A stretch of 23,634 nt of DNA from IMG/VR virus record IMGVR_UViG_3300031992_000010. The stretch is one strand, 5' to 3'. Each line of letters starts with the position of its first letter. The first letter of the stretch is position 1. The stretch comes from a virus. Its lineage: Duplodnaviria > Heunggongvirae > Uroviricota > Caudoviricetes. A program made the position numbers and the translations under genes. Under the pieces are notes generated by a model. The model had not been told where the DNA came from. It did not search any database and saw only the letters and a program-made list of their open reading frames with translations. Of this stretch, positions 17,633 through 23,634 are shown one piece after another.

Positions 17633-17833
17633 ATGCCTGCAAAATCAAAATCACAACAACGCCTATTCGGAATGGCCCTCGCCGTTCGTAGAGGTGAATT
17701 AAAACGTGGGGAGGTAAATGATGAGGTCCTTAATATAGTCGATTCCGATATGACGGATAAGGAAATAGAGGATTTCGCCTCAACATCACATAAAGGTTTG
17801 AAGGAACACCTACTCGAATCCCTAAATCATTGA
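17633..17833 (+). CDS. DUF3008-family small protein
   Basis: MPAKSKSQQRLFGMALAVRRGE...DSDMTDKEIEDFAST.HKGL pattern; start reassigned to ATG 17633. Confidence 0.75.
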   Translation: MPAKSKSQQRLFGMALAVRRGELKRGEVNDEVLNIVDSDMTDKEIEDFASTSHKGLKEHLLESLNH

Positions 17834-17913
17834 TTATCAGATAATTAAAAAATCAATATACCGGGAACGTATTATAATAGTAGATATTCAAAAAAAAAAA
17901 AATTAATAAAAAA

Positions 17914-19692
17914 ATGATTACTGAAACTTCACAAAACAATTTGGTCAGCATATTGAAGGAGGATCTTCACGTAACTGACCCTTACAAATTGAAATGGATG
18001 AGTCAATATGCACAAATCCACGAAGCAAGACAGGACAAAGGTTACGGTAGATTGTTAACGGAAGGTTTACAACCATACGCTGACAACGTATCGAAAAGCA
18101 TCTACGCAACTCCATTGAACACCGTAGGTATGGGTAACCCTATGGCTCCACTTGGTGTTCCAGGTCCTGATGGTTTTAACGCAAATGGCGGAAATGGAAC
18201 AGGCATTGGTAACACAGGTGCGGATTTCCATAATCCAAATTACCAAACAGGTAGTGGTGATATCCCTATGTCTACATTACCAATGGCATTGGAAGTAGCC
18301 GCTATGACAATCGGTTTGGAATTGGTTCCTATCGTTCCTGCAACTGGCCCTTGGCATATGTTGACTTGGATGGATACTCCATACGCCGGTGGTAAACTTG
18401 GAAAAATCAACGAAACTTCATTCGATGGTAAAGGTCCGGGTAGCGAAAACAAACCTATTTACATCACTGTTAATGCCGACTTCACATTTGGTTCTCCAAG
18501 TGAAAAGAAATTCATCCAAAAATATGACGAGGTAGTTGTAGAGGGTGAAGGTGGAACATTGAATGGTAAATTTATGGGATGGAACCGTTACAATGCCGAC
18601 ATTATTATCAAGGTTGAGGATTGCGGTGATGAGGAAACTTCAATCAGCGATGTATTCTCACAGGAGGCTGAAGTTACAATCAACTTCAAGGGTGGATCAA
18701 TCACTTCGGCAAAGGCAAAAATGCGTCCTGATCTTGTAGGTTCATATGGTAACCACCAACAAGGTTTCTCTAACTTCTTCGAGGATAGCGAGGATCCAAT
18801 GACAAGAGCACAAAACGAAACAGGTGTAGGTAATACAATCGGTGTTCGTATGTTCTCAAAATGGATCCAAATGGGTTCCTATGAAGTAACAGGTGCGGTA
18901 ACCCGCCAACAATTACAGGATATGCCTTTATATGGTGTTGATGTTGTAGGTAAGGTATTGGAGGCAATGCAAAACCAAATTTCACAGGAAATCAACAACC
19001 GTATCCTTGATAGAGTACGTAAATTGGGTGTAACCAACGCCGTTATTCAAAAGAAATACCAAAACGTTGACTTGAACTTGACTTTCGATAGCACCGAAAC
19101 AGGTTACAAGGATCTTACTGAATTTGTTGGTTCGGATAAATTCGTTGGTATTGATAACCAAAACAAGGCTGAAGGCTGGGGACGTGTAAAGGTAGCCGTG
19201 GATAATACAAACTATGAAAACTATATGACTCACCAACGTCGTATTTCATCACGTATTTTGGCTGCTAAAAACTTGATCGCCGTTACATCACGTCGTGGTG
19301 CAGGTAACTTCGTGGTAACAAACTCGCAAGTTGTAACTGCATTGCAGGATAACGCTCAATTCGTTCCTTGTCCAATGACTAACACATTCGTACAGGATAA
19401 CTCTAAATCAATTTACTTCGCAGGTTCATATGCCGGTACAAATGTTTACTGTGATCCTTACCAATTGTGGGATGACACACGTGTAACAGTTGGACGTAAA
19501 GGTACTGAAAACGAACCGGGTGTAATCTTTATGCCTTACATCCTTTGCGATACAATCCAAATTACCGCAGAAGGAACTATGGCTCCAAAATTGTTGTGTA
19601 ACTCACGTTTCGCATTACCTGATATCGGTTGGGCTCCTGAACAATCATACTTCACATTCCTAATCGATGGTGATGGCGCAGCAATAATCTAA
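17914..19692 (+). CDS. Major capsid protein (T4 gp23-like)
   Basis: LPMALEVAAMTIGLELVP, ISQEINNRI, RRGAGNFVV, GTNVYCDPY, VGRKG..PGVIFMPY, PK..SRFA; codon usage typical of a highly expressed gene; poly-A leader. Confidence 0.92.
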   Translation: MITETSQNNLVSILKEDLHVTDPYKLKWMSQYAQIHEARQDKGYGRLLTEGLQPYADNVSKSIYATPLNTVGMGNPMAPLGVPGPDGFNANGGNGTGIGNTGADFHNPNYQTGSGDIPMSTLPMALEVAAMTIGLELVPIVPATGPWHMLTWMDTPYAGGKLGKINETSFDGKGPGSENKPIYITVNADFTFGSPSEKKFIQKYDEVVVEGEGGTLNGKFMGWNRYNADIIIKVEDCGDEETSISDVFSQEAEVTINFKGGSITSAKAKMRPDLVGSYGNHQQGFSNFFEDSEDPMTRAQNETGVGNTIGVRMFSKWIQMGSYEVTGAVTRQQLQDMPLYGVDVVGKVLEAMQNQISQEINNRILDRVRKLGVTNAVIQKKYQNVDLNLTFDSTETGYKDLTEFVGSDKFVGIDNQNKAEGWGRVKVAVDNTNYENYMTHQRRISSRILAAKNLIAVTSRRGAGNFVVTNSQVVTALQDNAQFVPCPMTNTFVQDNSKSIYFAGSYAGTNVYCDPYQLWDDTRVTVGRKGTENEPGVIFMPYILCDTIQITAEGTMAPKLLCNSRFALPDIGWAPEQSYFTFLIDGDGAAII

Positions 19693-19713
19693 TTAACGGA
19701 AGTTTAATTTAAC

Positions 19714-19745
19714 AAAAAGGCCGGTCGAAGGATACGGCCTTTTTT
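19714..19745 (+). terminator. Intrinsic terminator after the major capsid gene
   Basis: AAAAAGGCCG...CGGCCTTTTTT. Confidence 0.8.
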
Positions 19746-19804
19746 ATTTCCCATAATTTTGAATTTATCCCGGGGAAAAATTATTATTTAATAAAAATTC
19801 CTAT

Positions 19805-21457
19805 ATGACAATAGATTATTCGAATATAATGGAGGCGGAGGAAATTAAAAACCTACCGGGCTACCATATAACGGAGGCATCCAAAAAGGACAACGAGAAT
19901 GAAAAAGAGGTGGAGGACAATATTGAGGATACCGGGAAAAAACAAAAGGAAAAGGCACAAAATAAGGATGTTTATGATGTTATTTATGCAAAGAATGATT
20001 ATACCAATATTTTCAAACATATAATCATTTTCACAAACAACCGCGATCCAAAGGAAAACAAAACATTGAAAAATCTTTACGATGCGGTGGATGAATTGAA
20101 AAAACATAAATGTCCGATAATCCCCGAATTACACGTATTCATAGCCGCGCAGGTAGTTGCCGACGAGGATGAAAAGGAAATTACAATTTCGGATGATAAA
20201 GGTGAATTTGTTATTAAGGAACAATCAAACCTTGATACATTAATATTCTCACGTCTTGGTGTTCAAGGTGAGGATGAATGTGAGCACATAGTAAACATTT
20301 TGGTCGACCGCGGTTTCCTTGTATTGAATCCCGTAAAATATAGTGAATTGGCATCCAATAAATATGAAACGGCCGTCCTATTGCAAAAAGGTGAAATACC
20401 ACAACCAAACTTTTGCCTTATGACAAAGGATGTTCTTTACGATGAGAAACTTTACCTTGATGCCATGAAGGAGGTTTATCCCGAATTTACCGGCGATGGC
20501 GATAAGGATGAAAAACTCCAATTTGTCATCAAGATTTTGGACGGACATGGTGGTACCGGTGTTGCCTTGATTGATGGCAAACGTATATTGGCAATATTCC
20601 AAATGATATTTGCAATCGACCCGGAACGTCAAATAATAGTTCAAAAGAAGGAGGAGGCCGATGGCGGTGATATCCGCGTCCACGTATTGACATTAAGAAA
20701 CAAACAGGTAATCCTTGCCGCCATGAAACGTATAAAAATTGCATCGGATTTCCGTTCAAACGTATCATTGGGCGCGGAGGCCGAACCTGTTAATTTGACG
20801 CCTGAACAGGAACAAATAGCATTGAAGGCCGCCAAAATATCAAAACTACCATGGTGTGCGGTGGATATAATGCCACTTGTAAAGGGGTCGAATAAGGAAT
20901 TGGGCGATAACGTTGTATTGGAACTAAATGCCTCACCGGGGACGAATGGTATAACGGACGTGATGAAGGAAAACTTCGTCAATATATTATTAAGCGAATT
21001 AAATGATCCGGGGGAATTTTACCTCCAAAATAAGGTGGCCGGATATGTGGAGGCCGCACAGGTCGTATTTGAGGACGGTGATGAACCTATATCGGTGCTT
21101 GCCAAACTTGATACCGGCAACGGTGCGAAGGCATCCCACATTGAGGTAGGTAAATATGAGGTAAATGATAAGAAGGTCTCATTCGAAATTAATGGAAAGA
21201 AATATTCCTTCGACATTGTGGATGAATCCCACGCAAAAACAGGGGATGAGGAACACAACCGCCCCGTAATCGAAATCAAGGAACTTACCGTTGGTTTACG
21301 TAAGGTACAAAACGTCCGTATGGCAATTGTCGAGGTCCGCGACAAATCAACCAATATGCTTATCAATCGTGACGTTCTTGCCAAGTTGGGTTATGTAATT
21401 TCATCAAACGAAACCCACCTATTGACGGAGGAAATGGAAAAGGTTAAAATAGTATAA
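19805..21457 (+). CDS. RimK-like ATP-grasp ligase fused to a retropepsin-like (RimB-type) protease domain
   Basis: ASNKY, VIKILDGHGGTGV, GGDIRV, FRSNVSLG, AVDI, LELNASPG; C-terminal AKLDTGNGA..H, RPV, MLINRD. Confidence 0.88.
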   Translation: MTIDYSNIMEAEEIKNLPGYHITEASKKDNENEKEVEDNIEDTGKKQKEKAQNKDVYDVIYAKNDYTNIFKHIIIFTNNRDPKENKTLKNLYDAVDELKKHKCPIIPELHVFIAAQVVADEDEKEITISDDKGEFVIKEQSNLDTLIFSRLGVQGEDECEHIVNILVDRGFLVLNPVKYSELASNKYETAVLLQKGEIPQPNFCLMTKDVLYDEKLYLDAMKEVYPEFTGDGDKDEKLQFVIKILDGHGGTGVALIDGKRILAIFQMIFAIDPERQIIVQKKEEADGGDIRVHVLTLRNKQVILAAMKRIKIASDFRSNVSLGAEAEPVNLTPEQEQIALKAAKISKLPWCAVDIMPLVKGSNKELGDNVVLELNASPGTNGITDVMKENFVNILLSELNDPGEFYLQNKVAGYVEAAQVVFEDGDEPISVLAKLDTGNGAKASHIEVGKYEVNDKKVSFEINGKKYSFDIVDESHAKTGDEEHNRPVIEIKELTVGLRKVQNVRMAIVEVRDKSTNMLINRDVLAKLGYVISSNETHLLTEEMEKVKIV

Positions 21458-21484
21458 AAATTCCATAACAATAATTTGTTTCGT

Positions 21485-21519
21485 AAAGGTGTTTTCGGAA
21501 AATTTCGGAAACACCTTTT
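21485..21519 (+). terminator. Intrinsic terminator
   Basis: AAAGGTGTTTTCGGAA...TTCGGAAACACCTTTT. Confidence 0.8.
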
Positions 21520-21603
21520 ATTTTGCATTTTAAGGTAGGTTTAAGGCATTTTCGTGTCAAAAATATATAATTTATAGGGTAATGTGAAAATCCCTCGTTA
21601 TAC

Positions 21604-21635
21604 ATTAAATTTTTAATGCAATTTTTATATATTAA
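21604..21635 (+). promoter_or_regulatory. Putative promoter ATTAAA-N18-TATATTAA
   Basis: Consensus match 20 nt upstream of the phosphoesterase ATG. Confidence 0.7.
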
Positions 21636-21655
21636 TTTGTAAAAATAAATTGAAT

Positions 21656-22222
21656 ATGTCGAATATCTTTTTTACATCGGATACCCACTTCGGACACAAT
21701 AAGGAATTTGTATGGAAGGCAAGGGGTTTTGAATCGGTTGAGGATCACGCGGAAGGATTGATTAAAAATTGGAATTCCGTGGTGAAACCGGATGATATTG
21801 TTTACCACTTGGGTGATATGAGTCTTTCCACCGAATATGAGGAAAAATCATTACAATGGGTTAAACGTTTGAATGGAAACATTTGCTGGATTGTTGGCAA
21901 CCACGATTCGGAACGACGTATTGGTGTGTTTGGAATGTGTGATAATATATTTGAAATACAAAAGGTTGAAATTTGTAAAATGGATAAATTCAACTTATAT
22001 CTATCACATTATCCAACAATTACATCCAATACCATCGGACACATCAAGGAGGCTCCAAAACCCAATTCGATATTTAACCTACATGGTCATACACACCAAT
22101 CAACGAACTTCAATCCGGAGCTACCATTAACCTGTTACCACGTTGGATTGGATTCACACAACCTTACACCGGTTTCATGGGAGGATGTCAGGAGGGATTT
22201 GTGGAATATAATTAATAGATAA
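21656..22222 (+). CDS. Calcineurin-like metallophosphoesterase
   Basis: TSDTHFGH, HLGD, GNHD, LSHYP, LHGHTH, VGLD; ATG at 21656. Confidence 0.92.
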   Translation: MSNIFFTSDTHFGHNKEFVWKARGFESVEDHAEGLIKNWNSVVKPDDIVYHLGDMSLSTEYEEKSLQWVKRLNGNICWIVGNHDSERRIGVFGMCDNIFEIQKVEICKMDKFNLYLSHYPTITSNTIGHIKEAPKPNSIFNLHGHTHQSTNFNPELPLTCYHVGLDSHNLTPVSWEDVRRDLWNIINR

Positions 22223-22233
22223 AAGGGTACAAT

Positions 22234-22557
22234 ATGAAAACTTTTGATGAATGGAAATCAATTCCTACAATTGAGGATGGTGATAAGGAATTTTACGGAA
22301 AATATGTGAAAATTCCGGATAACCAGCAATTTATTTGGAGGACTTCGCTTGCGGATTACACGATGATAAAGGTAAATGCCAAGTATGCAGTGATGTTGCG
22401 TCCGGATAGTGATAAATTTTATAGTAATATCTACCGTATCTACCGGGCACAAACGAAAACATTCAATGCGGTCTCCGATGGAGGTATTGTTGTGAAATAT
22501 AATACATTTGTGGAGGCTTTGGATGCCATTAAACAAATATATGACGATAAATTTTAA
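22234..22557 (+). CDS. Hypothetical protein
   Basis: 107-aa ORF in an operon with the phosphoesterase. Confidence 0.7.
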   Translation: MKTFDEWKSIPTIEDGDKEFYGKYVKIPDNQQFIWRTSLADYTMIKVNAKYAVMLRPDSDKFYSNIYRIYRAQTKTFNAVSDGGIVVKYNTFVEALDAIKQIYDDKF

Positions 22558-22562
22558 GGCAT

Positions 22563-22591
22563 AAAAAAAGGAACCTCGCGGTTCCTTTTTT
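22563..22591. terminator. Bidirectional intrinsic terminator
   Basis: AAAAAAAGGAACC-TCGC-GGTTCCTTTTTT between convergent genes. Confidence 0.88.
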
Positions 22592-22609
22592 GTTGTTTGA
22601 ATAAATGGT

Positions 22610-23634
22610 TTAGGCCAATTTATTTAGGTCCGCCGCAATCTTTGCCAACATGGCAAGTTTCACAGGGTCGTTTTTATATTGTTCCGTTAACTTTTCGATA
22701 CGTTCGCGGCGCGCCTTCATCTCATCCTCGTGAATGGATTCCAATACCTTTTGTTTTTCCTCCGCCGTTTTTGTTTCAACAACCTTTTCGATTTGTTCCT
22801 GATAGTGTTCCTTTAAATCGATATTTGTTTGGTCCTTGATGTATTTTAATGCCTCGACAACGTCGGCCTTCGCACCCCACGTGTTATTCAACGATTTGGT
22901 GTAAATTTCACCATTATGTTCGATAACAATAAATGAATCCTTTTGTGATTTGATTACACGGACATTATCAAGTACCGATATTGAATCAAAGTTTTCGACC
23001 AATTTTGCAAATGCCTCCAAAACGAATTGGTTTGCCTTTGTTGTGCGTGTTTGACCTAATGCCGTAATATACATTTCATTATGTTCACGCAATCCGGCGG
23101 TATTAAATTCCTCCTCCGAAACAACCTCACCCTTTTCGTTTAATTTTTTCTTTTTGCATTTATCGCATTCCTTTGCCTCATATACGTAGTTACCTACCTG
23201 TACCGAGAATGTATCGTTTTCATATTTAATATTATTGGATTCCAATAAACGGGAAACAGTGATAAAATCGTTTGAAACCGAATTTACATTCTCCTCCAAA
23301 ATACCATTTTCACCGATACTGAAAATCATTCCCAATACCTCAAAGAATGTTTTTCCATTATTCGATTCGAAGAATGATATAGGGGTGATCGCCGTATATT
23401 CCGGGGCGGATTCAACCAATGGAATATCCTTGAAAATTGATTTTGTGATACCACGGAACGCCTCACAAAACATAACATTCTTTAATGCCCCTGCCTTGAT
23501 GTATTTAACCACATCCTCCTCACTTTTACCTTCCAAAAGGTCCTCAACCTGTTTGCAGGCGTTTTTGTTAAGGTAATCAAATTTCGATGATGAGTTAAGA
23601 ATACTTTCACAGGCGGATGCGAGTTGCCAAGAAT
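22610..23634 (-). CDS. 5'-truncated protein, possibly prohead core/scaffold-like
   Basis: The frame is open to the window edge; many (L/I/V)-x-E-S sites and a charged C-terminal coiled coil. Confidence 0.55.
   Translation of the reverse strand, partial: SWQLASACESILNSSSKFDYLNKNACKQVEDLLEGKSEEDVVKYIKAGALKNVMFCEAFRGITKSIFKDIPLVESAPEYTAITPISFFESNNGKTFFEVLGMIFSIGENGILEENVNSVSNDFITVSRLLESNNIKYENDTFSVQVGNYVYEAKECDKCKKKKLNEKGEVVSEEEFNTAGLREHNEMYITALGQTRTTKANQFVLEAFAKLVENFDSISVLDNVRVIKSQKDSFIVIEHNGEIYTKSLNNTWGAKADVVEALKYIKDQTNIDLKEHYQEQIEKVVETKTAEEKQKVLESIHEDEMKARRERIEKLTEQYKNDPVKLAMLAKIAADLNKLA

Noticed and set aside
21520-21603. Possible ncRNA or origin in the longest intergenic gap
   Set aside because: No convincing stable structure, tRNA fold or iterons visible.
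22234-22557. MKTFDEW start resembling a T4 capsid-targeting sequence
   Set aside because: No (I/L)-x-E at the usual position near residue 10, and the gene lies in an early-type operon, so it was not counted as cargo.
1-23634. Stop-codon recoding (TAG read as Gln, as in Lak and some crAss phages)
   Set aside because: All recognisable genes are full length in code 11. The TAG at the end of folE2 falls at a plausible C-terminus with a TGA six codons later. There is no positive evidence for recoding in this window.

Overview
AT-rich, gene-dense segment of a large T4-like/jumbo myophage genome. The host is probably a Bacteroidetes, inferred from the A-rich leaders without Shine-Dalgarno sites, the QueD type and the DnaQ-like architecture. 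The window holds scattered structural genes (gp23-like major capsid, gp19-like tail tube, gp3-like tail terminator, a partial scaffold-like gene). It also has a 7-deazaguanine DNA-modification cluster (queD, queE, folE2, ParB-like, DpdA/TGT-like; no queC in the window) interrupted by a Hef-like homing endonuclease, plus an S1-like protein, an apparently inactive DEDD exonuclease, a RimK-like ligase fused to a protease domain and a phosphoesterase. The most striking observation is a run of enzymes from about 8960 to 17833 (kinase-like, GNAT-like, AAA ATPase, ligase-like nucleotidyltransferase, PD-(D/E)xK nuclease-like, HxGH nucleotidyltransferase). They share leaders resembling the T4 capsid-targeting sequence and ending in (I/L)-x-E prohead-protease sites, which suggests an effector set packaged in the capsid and ejected into the host. 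Other signals: a 67-aa peptide that copies the N-terminal motif of the mature capsid protein, a five-copy ATTAAA-N18-TATAT(T/A)A promoter, and strong depletion of AG followed by A, C or T. All calls come from reading motifs by eye; no database searches were run.
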